Part shown: piece by piece, positions 21,298-31,900 of the stretch | Numbering within the stretch: position 1 is the first letter of the stretch | Layout of the letters: the number at the start of each line of letters is the position of its first letter | Source of the DNA: an uncultured Chloroflexia bacterium | GTDB lineage: Bacteria > Chloroflexota > Limnocylindria > Limnocylindrales > CSP1-4 | DNA: 58,682 bases | Assembly: GCA_963768655.1 (NCBI GenBank) | Contig: CAVYIM010000002.1 | Span: forward strand, 1 to 58,682 | Direction: 5' to 3' | The notes under the pieces: model-generated | What the model was told of the DNA's origin: nothing | Database searches by the model: none | Seen by the model: the letters and a program-made list of their open reading frames with translations, nothing else | Translations under genes and position numbers: made by a program

Positions 21298-22563
21298 TTA
21301 CGGATAGAGGCCGCGGACGGAAGTCGCGTCGGCCACTCGCTGGACGGCGAGCATGTAGGCCGCCGTCCGCATGTTGACTCGCTCCTTGAGGCTCATGTCG
21401 AGCGTGCTGGCGAAGGCCTTGGTCATGACCGCGTGCAGCTTCTCGTTCACATGCTCGATGCTCCAGAAGTCGCGATCGAGGTCCTGAACCCATTCGAAGT
21501 AGCTGACCGTGACACCGCCTGCATTGCAGAGGATGTCCGGGATGACGAACTTGGCGTTCTTGTAGAGGATCTCGTCGGCCTCGGGGGTCGTGGGGCCGTT
21601 GGCGGCCTCGGCGATGATCCGGGCCTTGATCCGGCCCGCGTTCGCGGCCGTGATCTGGTTCTCCAACGCAGCCGGGATGAGGATGTCGCAGTCGACCTCG
21701 AGCAACTCGGCGTTGCTGATCTCCTGGGTGCCCGGGAAGCCGACCACGCTGTGGTGCTCTTGCTTCCAGGCCAGGACCTTGTTGGGATCGAAGCCGTCGG
21801 CCTTGAAGATGGCGCCGGTCGAGTCGCTGGCGGCGATGATCGTGGATCCCTGGGCGGCCATGAGCTGGGCGCTGATCGCACCAGCGTTGCCGAAGCCCTG
21901 GACGGCCACCCGGCACTTGGAGAGGTCCATGCCCAGGTGCTTGGCGGCATCCATGATGCAGTAGACGGCGCCTTGAGCGGTCGCCTCGTTGCGGCCCTCG
22001 GACCCACCGAGCGGAATCGGCTTGCCGGTGACAACGGCCGGGGACGTGTACCCGACGTGCATCGAGTACGTGTCCATGATCCAGGCCATCGTCTGGGAGT
22101 TGGTGTTGACGTCCGGCGCCGGGATGTCCTTCTCCGGGCCGATGATGATGCTGATCTCTGTCGCGTAGCGCCGGGTGAGACCCTCCAGCTCGCGCTGGCT
22201 GAGCTTCTTCGGATCGACTATGACGCCGCCCTTGCCACCGCCGAACGGAATGCCGACGACGGCGCATTTCCAGGTCATCCACATGGCCAGGGCTTTGACC
22301 TCGTCGAGGGTCACGTCCTGGTGGTAGCGGATGCCGCCCTTGGCCGGGCCGCGGCCAAGGTTGTGCTGGACCCGATAGCCGGTGAACACCTGGACCGAGC
22401 CGTCATCCATCTTCACCGGGAAGTGGACGGTCAGCTCGCGCTTGGGCTCGCGCAGGACCTTCCTCAGGCCGGGGGACAGATTGAGAAGCTCAGCAGCCAG
22501 GTCGAACTGGCGCTGGGCGACGTCCCACGCGTTGATCGCGGGAGCGATCTGTTGGGTCGCCAT
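21298..22563 (-). CDS. gdhA: Glu/Leu/Phe/Val dehydrogenase (glutamate dehydrogenase)
   Basis: GYRVQHN, GPAKGGIRYH, GGGKGG, DIPAPDVNT, VTGKP, QGFGNAG, EAANGPTT, NAGGVTVSYFEWVQ. Confidence 0.95.
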   Translation of the reverse strand: MATQQIAPAINAWDVAQRQFDLAAELLNLSPGLRKVLREPKRELTVHFPVKMDDGSVQVFTGYRVQHNLGRGPAKGGIRYHQDVTLDEVKALAMWMTWKCAVVGIPFGGGKGGVIVDPKKLSQRELEGLTRRYATEISIIIGPEKDIPAPDVNTNSQTMAWIMDTYSMHVGYTSPAVVTGKPIPLGGSEGRNEATAQGAVYCIMDAAKHLGMDLSKCRVAVQGFGNAGAISAQLMAAQGSTIIAASDSTGAIFKADGFDPNKVLAWKQEHHSVVGFPGTQEISNAELLEVDCDILIPAALENQITAANAGRIKARIIAEAANGPTTPEADEILYKNAKFVIPDILCNAGGVTVSYFEWVQDLDRDFWSIEHVNEKLHAVMTKAFASTLDMSLKERVNMRTAAYMLAVQRVADATSVRGLYP

Positions 22564-22759
22564 GTTCCCGAAACCCTCCAGTGCCAGGGGCGGCCAATGG
22601 AGGCAACCGATCGAGTGGCTCGGCCTGCTTCCTCGAACGTCCCCAACAACGTCGCGGCGGCCTTCCGCTTGACCCGGAAAGCGGCACCGCAGGTTCCACT
22701 TGGGGGCGAGTATAGACCTCGCCCGAAAAACCGCCAGTCCGATGGGAGCGTCGGCTCAC

Positions 22760-22775
22760 GGGCCGAAAGTCCTAA
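22760..22775. promoter_or_regulatory. DosR/DevR-like box upstream of gdhA
   Basis: GGGCCGAAAGTCCTAA; shares GCCGAAAGTCC with the doxX upstream site; TATACT -10 on the minus strand at 22709-22714. Confidence 0.35.
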
Positions 22776-22910
22776 CGTTATGACGCTCTGGGACCGGAAG
22801 TGCCGTACGAAACGAGGGTCGACTGTGCAGTCGCCCTTACGCTTGCCTTCGCGCTGCCGGGCGCCTCCGGAGCCGAGGGAACCGCTTCGGGAGCGGCCCG
22901 ACTCGGACTC

Positions 22911-23756
22911 TCAGTCCCCCAGAACGAGGACGCCGCCATACGCGCCGGGGCCGACGTGCGTGCCGATCACGGGCCCGATGATCTGCGCCGTGACCAGCCT
23001 GGGAGCCGGGCTCGGAAGGCGCGACAGTATCTCGTCGCGGAATCGGGCCGGGTCGATCGGCGGGGAATACAGCACGTGCAGCTCCGACAATGGCTGCTTC
23101 GACATGAACTCGATGAGCCTCTCGCGAGCCTTGGCCCTGGTGCGTGGCTGGTCCACCGGGACGACCAGGGCGTTCTCGATCGTCATGATCGGCTTGACCG
23201 ACAGCAGCCCACCGATGGCGGCCTTGGTGCTGCTGATTCGACCGCCCCTGCGCAGGTACTCGAGGGTCTCGAGGGCGACGTAGAAGAGCGTCCGGTTGCG
23301 CAGACGAGTCAGCGCCTCGGCGATCTCCGACACGGTCGCTCCGTCGGCCGCCATCGTCGCGCCGCGCAGCGCCAGCGCCCCGATCGCCATCGAGGCGGAC
23401 CTCGAGTCGACGACTTCTATCGGCCGGCCGGACAGCATCTCCCGTGCCATCCGGGCGCTCTGGACGGTGGCCGACAGGGTCTCACTCAGGCAGACGCACA
23501 CGATGCCGTCCGCCCCATCGTCGAAGGCGTCCTCGAAAACCCGTTTGAACTGTCCTGCGCTCGGTGCGGCGGTGTGGGCGAACGGACTTCCGGGGGCAGT
23601 CATCTCCTTCCAGAAGTCCCCGGGCGCCAGCTCGTCCGGCGACAGGTAGCTGCGATCGCCGAAGGAGACTGTCAGCGGCACCTGGCGGATCTTGCCAGCG
23701 CTGAGCTGGGTGCCAGTGAGATCGGATCCGGAATCGGTGACGATGGCGACAGTCAT
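22911..23756 (-). CDS. DegV family fatty-acid-binding protein
   Basis: IVTDSGSDL, TAAPS, LSETLSAT, VVDSRS, LEYLRRGGRI, LSVKPI, IGTHVGPG. Confidence 0.95.
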   Translation of the reverse strand: MTVAIVTDSGSDLTGTQLSAGKIRQVPLTVSFGDRSYLSPDELAPGDFWKEMTAPGSPFAHTAAPSAGQFKRVFEDAFDDGADGIVCVCLSETLSATVQSARMAREMLSGRPIEVVDSRSASMAIGALALRGATMAADGATVSEIAEALTRLRNRTLFYVALETLEYLRRGGRISSTKAAIGGLLSVKPIMTIENALVVPVDQPRTRAKARERLIEFMSKQPLSELHVLYSPPIDPARFRDEILSRLPSPAPRLVTAQIIGPVIGTHVGPGAYGGVLVLGD

Positions 23757-25138
23757 CGTTTCTCCTTGGTCGCCGAGGCGGCGGGCTCAGCCCCTGCGAC
23801 GGGTGCCCCCGTCAGGGTATCGCGTAGAGCGCCGATCGTAGGCGCCACCGCAGCTGCCTGGAGGGCGGCGTCGAGCCCGACGATGTCGTTGCGGCGCAGG
23901 TTCAGCAGGGCCACCAGGCCGATGGCCAGCAGGATCGCCGTTGCCACCAGCAACCCGTCGATACCCCGCCAGGAGGCGAAGAAACCACCCAGCACGGCGC
24001 CGATCACCTGGCCGAGGCCCAGGAAGACCGAGTAGAGACCCATGATCGCGCTGCGGTCCTCCTCGAAGCCCTCGCTCACGTCGGCCAGGAGCCCCAAAGC
24101 GGCCGGCGTGGCGCCCGACATCACGAAGAGAGCGACGACCGCAACTCCGACGAGAGCCACCAGCAGAGCCGTCGAAGTCCCGCCCAGATGGTTGATCGCC
24201 AGCACATCGAGAGCCATGACCACGAAGGCGGCGACACCCACGAGAAGCATCGTGGTCCGCCGGAAGCGAGCGTAGACCGAGCCCCAGAAGAGCAGGCCCA
24301 GTCCGAAGACGACCGCCAGAACGGCTTCGCCGTCGCCGATCGAGGTCGCGGAGATGCCCTTCATGAGGAACTGGCCCGGGTCGTAGATATTGCCCTTGAT
24401 CAGGAGCGGCGCCTGGAGCGCCCACAAGCCCAGGATGGCGTTGATGGCCAGCCAGGTAGGGGCGAACAGAAGCACGCTGCGGCTGGTCGCAAGCCGCCAG
24501 TAGCGTCCCAGTCCGATTCCGGCGCTTTCGCCGGAACGGACCGCCCGTTCGCCGGCGCGTTCGCTCGACGCCTCAGCAACCTCGGACACACCGTAGGCGT
24601 ATAGGGCCAGCGCCACCAGATAGAACATGCAGTTCAGAAAGAACGCGCCCCGGCCGAAGGTGTCCCAGAGGTTGCCCGCCAGAAGCGGTCCGACGGCCAG
24701 CATCCCACCCAGCGAGACCAGCTCGAAGAGCGAGACGACGCGGCCTCGCAGCCTCTCGTCGTGAGAAGTCGCGGCGGCGATGAAGCCCAGCGTGGATGGA
24801 ACGGAGGCCGCCGTGGAACTGCCCTCCAGCAGGCGAGTCACGAACAGCACCGGCAGATGGGTGGTCAGCCCTGTCATGAAGACGGCGGCCGACCCGAAGA
24901 GCGGGCCGAGGAGCATGATGACCTTGCGCCCGTAGCGGTCGGCCAGGACCCCGAAGACGATCGCGCCCGTGAGCTCCGTGGTGTAGAAGCCGCCGGTGAG
25001 GAGCGAGATGGCGCCCGGACCAGTGCCCCTATTCCTCGTCATGTCGTCGACCAGGTAGACCAGCATCCCGCCGGTGACCGCGGTGCTGACCCGGAGTACG
25101 AAGGTGGCGACGAGCATCGATGCGATCGATCGATTCAT
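23753..25138 (-). CDS. MFS transporter
   Basis: Motif A GVLADRYGRK, about 12 TM helices; ATG 25138; ATGA coupling to degV. Confidence 0.9.
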   Translation of the reverse strand: MNRSIASMLVATFVLRVSTAVTGGMLVYLVDDMTRNRGTGPGAISLLTGGFYTTELTGAIVFGVLADRYGRKVIMLLGPLFGSAAVFMTGLTTHLPVLFVTRLLEGSSTAASVPSTLGFIAAATSHDERLRGRVVSLFELVSLGGMLAVGPLLAGNLWDTFGRGAFFLNCMFYLVALALYAYGVSEVAEASSERAGERAVRSGESAGIGLGRYWRLATSRSVLLFAPTWLAINAILGLWALQAPLLIKGNIYDPGQFLMKGISATSIGDGEAVLAVVFGLGLLFWGSVYARFRRTTMLLVGVAAFVVMALDVLAINHLGGTSTALLVALVGVAVVALFVMSGATPAALGLLADVSEGFEEDRSAIMGLYSVFLGLGQVIGAVLGGFFASWRGIDGLLVATAILLAIGLVALLNLRRNDIVGLDAALQAAAVAPTIGALRDTLTGAPVAGAEPAASATKEKR

Positions 25139-25582
25139 GGGTCGATAGCCTAACTGCCACGGACGGCACGTGCGACGCCGGAACGGGCCGGGACGGTTCG
25201 TAGCCCCGCTGGGACTACACTCTGGGCGGTCACTGCCCCTCGTTTCGGGCATTGCCCAGACTCGGACTCGGGAGGGGGCGGGTCTATACTCAGACCGCCG
25301 GTGGCTCGTCGCGCTCACAATCGCCCTTGCCACCGGTTCGACTAGACGGCTCGGATCGGTGCCGGGTTCCCAGGCGGGCTGGCCCGGCACACCGAATGGC
25401 GCTGGACGCCGCCGGCCGCCTCTTGCGCCGGCGCGCTCAGGCCTGCATGATCGAACGCACGCAACTGGAGGAGGCGTCTTGGAGCCATCCGCTGTTGCGC
25501 TCCCACTCGCCACGTCGAGCGCGGCAGAGGGGATAGCGGCGCACAGCCCGGGGACCGGCCCTCGAACGGCCGCGGTGCCGGC

Positions 25583-26608
25583 ATGAGCCGTCGCGCCAGG
25601 GCCGAGCGGGCCTCTGTGGCTTCGAAACGGGAGCAATCTAGCTTCTCGGAGCACGTCTTTACGCTCCCGGGCCGGGGCACCTTGATCGACACACCCACAC
25701 GTCGTCGGGCCGGAGTCTTCCGCCGAGCCTTGCGCCGGGAGATCACCCGCCTGCGGGATCCACGCCGGCTGGTGCTCGTCATCCTGCTGGGGATCACGTG
25801 CGGCCTGGTTCTGGCGGGCCTGATCGCGCGCGGCGAGGCGGCCGGCGCGGACGCCCGCGCCTACTGGGCGGCGGGCCGATTGTGGGTCAGCGGCGGCGAC
25901 CCCTATCACCCGACCGGGCCGTTCATGCCCTACGTCTACACGCCCTGGATGCTGCCGATCTTCGTACCGTGGTCGTTCCTGCCCTGGGATGTCGCCTGGT
26001 TCTTCTGGCGTGGCACGACGGTGGTCGCGCTGCTCTGGTCGGCGCATTGGGCCTACAGGCGCAGGCCCATGACGACGGCGATCCTGCTCATCCTGCTCGC
26101 CTTCCCGATCGCGGCGAACCTGGACACGGGCAACATCAACCTGCCGCTGGCTCTCCTCCTGTTCGGGGCCCAGTTCGCCGGGCCCAAGCTCGCCGGTCTG
26201 CTGTGGATGGTCGCGACGACTCTGAAGTGGCTGCCCGCGGTCTTCTGGCCGATTCTCACCCCGCGCGGCCGGCTCTGGGGCATCATCTGGTTCGTGCTGG
26301 CCGTGGTGCTGACGGTGCTGACACTGCCCGCCACGCTGGTCCAACTGCAGGTTCTCTTCGGGTTCCCGCGGCCGGCCAGAGTTGACTACTTCGTCTTTGC
26401 CTGGGCGATCGTACCGTGGGCCTACCTGCACCCGGAGGGCTTCCGCTGGCTGATGCCGTCCGAGTGGCCCGGGATCGCTCGGACCGTCGCGTCGACGGCG
26501 GCCATCTGGCGGCTCCACTGGCGACGCAGCCCGGAGCGCACGGCCGAGACCCTGCGACGGGTGATGCGCTCCCGCGTTCGAGTCTTCCTGGGGCTGAGCG
26601 ACGCGTAG
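25583..26608 (+). CDS. Glycosyltransferase family 87 (GT-C, DUF2029-like) membrane protein
   Basis: DARAYWAAG..GGDPY, PYVYTPW, NLDTGNINL, TLKWLP. Start uncertain (may be downstream). Confidence 0.75.
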   Translation: MSRRARAERASVASKREQSSFSEHVFTLPGRGTLIDTPTRRRAGVFRRALRREITRLRDPRRLVLVILLGITCGLVLAGLIARGEAAGADARAYWAAGRLWVSGGDPYHPTGPFMPYVYTPWMLPIFVPWSFLPWDVAWFFWRGTTVVALLWSAHWAYRRRPMTTAILLILLAFPIAANLDTGNINLPLALLLFGAQFAGPKLAGLLWMVATTLKWLPAVFWPILTPRGRLWGIIWFVLAVVLTVLTLPATLVQLQVLFGFPRPARVDYFVFAWAIVPWAYLHPEGFRWLMPSEWPGIARTVASTAAIWRLHWRRSPERTAETLRRVMRSRVRVFLGLSDA

Positions 26609-26764
26609 GGGCCCCGGCCGACTTGTCCAGAGCCAATCTGAGTTCGCCGCCGCCTGCGACGTTCGGCATCGCGTCGAACCGCCCGTCCGGGTCGTGGCGG
26701 CGGTGCGTCGTTGCGCCCGGTTCAACCCGCGGCTCGATGGCGAGTTCCGGGCTACCCTTGAGAC

Positions 26765-27769
26765 GTGTGCCCTCTAGATCAGCTGCATGCGAGCTGGCCC
26801 GCCACGATCCTCGTCGCCGACGACGAAGTGGCCGTTCGAAGCGTGCTCCGACGGGCGCTCGAGGGAGCCGGATACCGCGTCATCGAGGCCGAGACGGGAG
26901 CGCAAGCCGTAGCCCTTGGAGAGCGTGAGCGCCCGGACCTCTTCATCCTCGACATCTCCATGCCCGACGCCGACGGCGTAGAGATCTGTCGCGCCATCAA
27001 GAGCGACCCGCTCACTCACCTGACTCCGGTCATCCACATCACGGGCCAGGCGCAGCGCCATGAGCGGCTGCGGGCTCTGGAGGCCGGCTCGGACGAATTC
27101 GTGGCCAAGCCCTTCGACCTCGAGGAGCTGCTGATCCGGGTCCGCTCGTTGCTTCGCACCAAGCGCCTGACCGACCACCTGGTCAGCGACGAAGCGGTCT
27201 TGCTTTCTCTGTCCAGAACGGTCGAGGCCCGCGACAACTACACCGAGAAGCATCTGTATCGCGTCGCCGACCGGTCCGTCGAGGTGGCCCGCCGCATGGG
27301 CATGACCGAGCGCGAGATCGAAAGCATCCGTCTCGGCGGTCTCTATCACGACCTGGGCAAGATCGCCGTGCCCGACAGGGTCCTGCACAAGCCGGCGGCC
27401 CTCGATCGGGCGGAGTACGCCCTCATAAGGCGCCACCCGGAGGCCGGCGCCGAGATCGTCAGGCCCCTTCGGGCGTTCGACAGTCCGGAGCAGGCCATCC
27501 TCCACCATCACGAGCGGTTCGACGGAACCGGCTACCCGTACGGGCTGCGCGGCGAGGAGATCCCGCTGGCGGCTCGGATCGTCGCCGTCGCCGACTCCTT
27601 CGACGCGATGACGACGGACCGTCCATACCGCGCGGCCCTCGGCATCGACGACGCTCTGCAGCGGCTCGACGACGGCCGAGAGGAGCAATGGGACCCGCTG
27701 GTCGTGGACGTCTTCGTGGCCCAGTACGCCGGCAGCGGGGAGGGGCGGGAGATCGCGGAGGGGCTGTAG
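26765..27769 (+). CDS. Response regulator with REC + HD-GYP (c-di-GMP phosphodiesterase) domains
   Basis: ILVADDE, LDISMPDADG, KPF; HDLGKIAVPD, HHHERFDGTGYP, ADSFDAMTTDRPYR. Confidence 0.93.
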   Translation: MCPLDQLHASWPATILVADDEVAVRSVLRRALEGAGYRVIEAETGAQAVALGERERPDLFILDISMPDADGVEICRAIKSDPLTHLTPVIHITGQAQRHERLRALEAGSDEFVAKPFDLEELLIRVRSLLRTKRLTDHLVSDEAVLLSLSRTVEARDNYTEKHLYRVADRSVEVARRMGMTEREIESIRLGGLYHDLGKIAVPDRVLHKPAALDRAEYALIRRHPEAGAEIVRPLRAFDSPEQAILHHHERFDGTGYPYGLRGEEIPLAARIVAVADSFDAMTTDRPYRAALGIDDALQRLDDGREEQWDPLVVDVFVAQYAGSGEGREIAEGL

Positions 27770-27777
27770 ATGCCGGT

Positions 27778-28053
27778 CTACCGGCGGATCTCGCGCTCGA
27801 ACTCGGGGAAGTAGCGGGCGATCACCGACAGGCCGAATGAGCTCAGGATCGACTCCTTGGGCTCGCGCGCCAGCAGGAACTCGAAGGAGCGCCTGACCAG
27901 ATCCGTTGGATCGGAGGCGGCCGGGGCGAAGCGGGCCAGCTCGGCTTTCGTCACGCCGACCTCGAACTCGCGGCTGGAGCCGTGGTCGGTGACGATGACG
28001 CACCCGACCCAGCCGCCATCGACCGGTGAACATTCGACCGCGATCGCGCTCAT
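27778..28053 (-). CDS. Small hypothetical protein (91 aa) coupled to nei
   Basis: GAGGAAG SD-like sequence and ATGA overlap with the nei stop; MSAIAVECS...LVRRSFEFLLAREPKESILSSFGLSVIARYFPEFE. Confidence 0.75.
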   Translation of the reverse strand: MSAIAVECSPVDGGWVGCVIVTDHGSSREFEVGVTKAELARFAPAASDPTDLVRRSFEFLLAREPKESILSSFGLSVIARYFPEFEREIRR

Positions 28054-28892
28054 CGTGGCTCTTCCTTCATAACCGGCTGGCAGCGCGGGCACCAGAACGT
28101 CCGCCGGTTCAGCCGACCGTGGCGTAGATCGAGTATCACCGAGCCGCAGCGGCGGCAGGGCCTGCCGGCCCGACCGTATACCCACAGTTTGCTCTCGTCG
28201 CGGCGGCCGGCGCCAGACGCTTCCGTGGTGACGCGCGCTCCACCGTCTCGATTCGCGAGAAGCATCCGCCGCGATGCCACGACCAGGGCCCGCAGCACGT
28301 CCCCGCGATCGGCGACGAGATCGGCGACGCGGGCGAAGGGATGGACTCGCTCCACGAACAGGACTTCGTTCTTGTAGATGTTGCCAACACCGCCCATGAC
28401 GTTCTGATCGAGGAGCGCTTCGGCGATGGTCAACGAGGCGCGGTCCGGGGCGCGGAGGCGGCGGGTGACCTCGGCTATCTCCGCCTCGCCGAACCGCTCC
28501 GCCAGCAGATCCGGGCCCAGGGCCGCGAGCGACGGATGAGTCGCCTCGGCGCGGGCGTCGAACAGCTCTACCGTTGGGGCGTCGAAGCAGACGGCGATGC
28601 AGCCTTCCACCTCCAGGGCGATGCGAGCTCGGGATGCGGGTCGAAGCCAGCGTTCGCCGGGGGCATATCGATGCCACGATCCGTGCATGCCCAGATGAGT
28701 GCGGAGTTCCAGCCCGGCATCGAAGCGGATGAGGAGCTGTTTGCCGCGTGACTCGACCGACTCCACGGTGGTGCCGACCAGCAGGTCCGCCCGCGGCCCG
28801 GGCTGGCGCGCGGAGGCGGCCACGATCCGGCGGCCGACGAGTCGCGGCCGCAGTGCGGACGCTGTCCGATAGAGGGTATCGCCCTCGGGCAT
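28050..28892 (-). CDS. nei: Fpg/Nei family DNA glycosylase (endonuclease VIII-like)
   Basis: N-terminal MPEGDT, RGKQL, HLGMHGSW, LGPDLL, LLDQ..GGVGNIYKNE, zinc finger CRRC...CPRCQ. Confidence 0.93.
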   Translation of the reverse strand: MPEGDTLYRTASALRPRLVGRRIVAASARQPGPRADLLVGTTVESVESRGKQLLIRFDAGLELRTHLGMHGSWHRYAPGERWLRPASRARIALEVEGCIAVCFDAPTVELFDARAEATHPSLAALGPDLLAERFGEAEIAEVTRRLRAPDRASLTIAEALLDQNVMGGVGNIYKNEVLFVERVHPFARVADLVADRGDVLRALVVASRRMLLANRDGGARVTTEASGAGRRDESKLWVYGRAGRPCRRCGSVILDLRHGRLNRRTFWCPRCQPVMKEEPR

Positions 28893-28906
28893 GATCTCGG
28901 TCCCCG

Positions 28907-31900
28907 CTACCGGCGCGACCCGGACCCGCGGGGCCCGGACGGACGACGCCAGGAGTCGTCGAGGGCCGTCTCCGGCGACAGGCCGCGTCCCGCCGCAACC
29001 ACGCGCCGGCCCGAGGGTCGAAAGACGAAGCCACGATACCCGGCCGCGAAGCCGCACTCCTCGAGAAGCGGCCGCCACGACGTCGAGGCGACCGGCTCTC
29101 CGTCCACGCGCGTGACCACGAGCTCTCGAAGACGCCCGCCGCCGACGAGCTCGCTCAGGGCTGCCACGGCCGCCCGCGCCACATCTCCATCGTCGGCCGC
29201 GGGCAGCGATTGCAGGGAGTGCCCGCCTCGCTCCAGGTACAGCGCCGCGGCCCCGTCCACGAGAACTACGTACGCGCCGGCCGCCCGGGCCAGTGGCCGC
29301 CGATCCGCCTCGCCGCGACGTGGCCACGCCAGCGCGGCGCCGTACGGGTTTGCCGGATCGGCCGCGGCGAGGAGATGGACCGCCGGACCGGCGGCGCCGG
29401 CCTCCCCTGCCGTTTCGCGCAGGGCCCGCAAGCGGTCCACGGCCCCGGGCAGGGCGAACTGCGCCGCGCCGAGCCCATCGACGAAGTAGCCTCGGCGGAT
29501 CCGACCCGACTCCTCCATCGCCCGCAGAACCGGATAGACGGCACCGAAGCCGCCCGCCACCTCCTCCGCGGCGACGGCCTCGCGGGTCAACACGCCGTGG
29601 CGCTCGAGCAGAACCGTCGCCAGGGAATGCAGCCGCGCGGTGGACGCGGCGCGGCCCGACCCGCCGCTTCCAGCCCCGGTGCCCGCCCCGCCGCCCGCCG
29701 CGCTGCCGCAGGCGACGCTGTCGGTGGCTCCATCGCCGGCCTCCACGAGCGACCACCGCCCGGACGCCTCCGGCGGGCCAAGCTGCAGCCGCCCGGGTCG
29801 CGGCCGCCGCTCCCCCGTCGGGCGCCGCCAGCGCAAAGCCCGGAGCGGCGCGAACGTGTCGTTGGTAAGTTCGCCGGCCCAGACCAGGTCCCACAGCGCG
29901 TCCAGGATCTCGCGCTCGGGGACCGGGCCGGCTGCCGACGCCAGTTCGCGGTAGAACGAGGCGCCACGCTGCCGGAGCCGCTCGCGCAGCCGCTCGTGGA
30001 TCCTGCCGTCCGGCGGCTCCATCTCGCCAGCCGCAAGATCGCGCAGCGCCTCACGACCGGGTCGGTACAGGACGATGCGCCCGTCGTCGCGGCCGAGGCT
30101 GCCGCGTCCCACCCACGCCACCTCTCCGAGGGCGCCCAACTCGTCCAGCAGGCGCGGCTGGTAGCCGGGGATTCGGACGGGCAGGACATCGCGCTCAAGC
30201 ACAGACGCCGGGATCGGCACGCCGGCCAGCTGATCGACGACCTCCGCCAGCCGCTCCAGGGCAGCTTCCGACCGAAGAACGGGCGCCGGCGCCGCGCCGC
30301 CGCCTGCCTCCGCCTCCCCTGCCGCGATCGGCCGGACCCCCTGCCAGGCCGGCAGGAAGCGCGCCAGGACGACCTGCTCCACCGGCTCGACCTCGCGCCG
30401 CAGGCGCGCCAGGGAGCGCCGTCGCAGCTGGCGCAAGACCTCCGGATCGCACCACTCGCGTTCCGCGCCGCCGGGCCGGAACTCGCCGCGCAGGATCGTG
30501 CCCGCGTCGAGCAGCCGTTCCAGCGCCTCCTCGACCCGCGCCGCCGGCACCGCCCATCGCCGCGCCGGCTCGGGGGCGTGGAACGGTCCGTGCCCGCGGG
30601 CCCAACGCGCAACCAGGCCGTCGAGAGCGCCGTCCGCCGGCGCGAGGAACGCCGCCGGAACGCCGACCGGCAGCGCCACTCCGAACGCGTCGCGATATCG
30701 GGCAGCGTCCTCGATGGCGATCCAGCGCTCCTCGCCGGCGATGCGCAGGGCGATGGCCCGGCGCGAGCCCTCCAGCGCGCGGAGCCACTCTCTGGCGGCG
30801 GGCGGCTCCACGATCCGCGCCGCAACCTCCTCGGCCGAGAGGTCGCCCAGCCGGCGCAGCAGGTCGTGCAAGGCATCCACCGTCCGGGCCGCCCGTTCCG
30901 GAACCAGGGCCTGGAGCGCCAGCTCCAGGTCCGCCAGCGCCGCCGGATCGATCAGATCGCGCAGCTCCTCCTGGCCGAGCAGTTCCCGCAGCAACTGACG
31001 GTCAAGAGCCAGCGCGCCCGCTCGCCGCTCCGCCAGCGGGGCATCGCCCTCGTACATGTAGGCGGCCAGATAGTCGAAGAGCAGCGAGCCGGCGAAGGGC
31101 GAGGCCGCGACCGTCTCCACTTCGCGGACCTCGATCTCGCGCCGCGCCACTCCCCCGAGGATGTCGCGCAGGGCCGGCAGATCGAACAGGTCGGCCAGGC
31201 ATTCGCGATAGGTCTCGACGATGATCGGGAAAGAGCCATATCGGCTGGCCACCGCGAGCAACCCGGCCGAGCGCTGGCGCTGCTGCCAGAGGGGCGTGCG
31301 GGACCCCGGCCGTCGTCGTGGCAGCAGCAGCGCCCGAGCGGCGTTCTCGCGGAATCGAGCCGCGAACATGGCAGAGGAGCCAAGCCGTCTGACGACCAGG
31401 TCTTCGACTTCTTCCGCAGAAGGGAAGAGCAGGTCGCGGATCGAGCCGCGGTCTCCGACGGAGTCGCCGCCGTCGCCCCAGCGCCCACCGGCGACTTCTC
31501 CCTCCGGCAGCCGAATGGCGATGCCGTCATCCGACCAGATGGTCTGTGCGCCCTGGCCGAGTCGCTCTTCCAGGCGTGCCTCGATCGCCATCGACCACGG
31601 TGCGTGGACTCGCCCGCCGAACGGCGTCAGCACGACGATCCGCCAGTCGCCGAGTTCGTCGCGGAAGCGCTCCACGACGATGCGGCGGTCGGTCGGCAGG
31701 TGGCCCGCGACCTCGCGCTCGTCGGCGAGATAGCCGAGCACGTTCTCCGCCGCCAGCTCGTCCAGGTCATGGTGCTCGAGCAATCGCCGCCGAGCCCGCT
31801 CGCGGCCGCGTTCGCCCCCGCCCAGGTCGCCTTCGAGCTCGCGCACGAACTCGCCGAGCGCCCGCCCAAGCTCGATCGGCCGGCCGAGCCCGTCGCCGTG

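Noticed and set aside
25139-25582. Possible small gene or ncRNA in the 440-bp MFS/GT87 gap (likewise 33722-33957)
   Set aside because: Only -10-like hexamers and generic GC hairpins are present; there is no convincing ORF or nested structure.
23753-26725. 990-aa ORF as a fusion protein (also 39460-42264, 28050-29894, 2453-5011)
   Set aside because: The N-terminal extensions overlap other real genes; the true starts are internal, as annotated.
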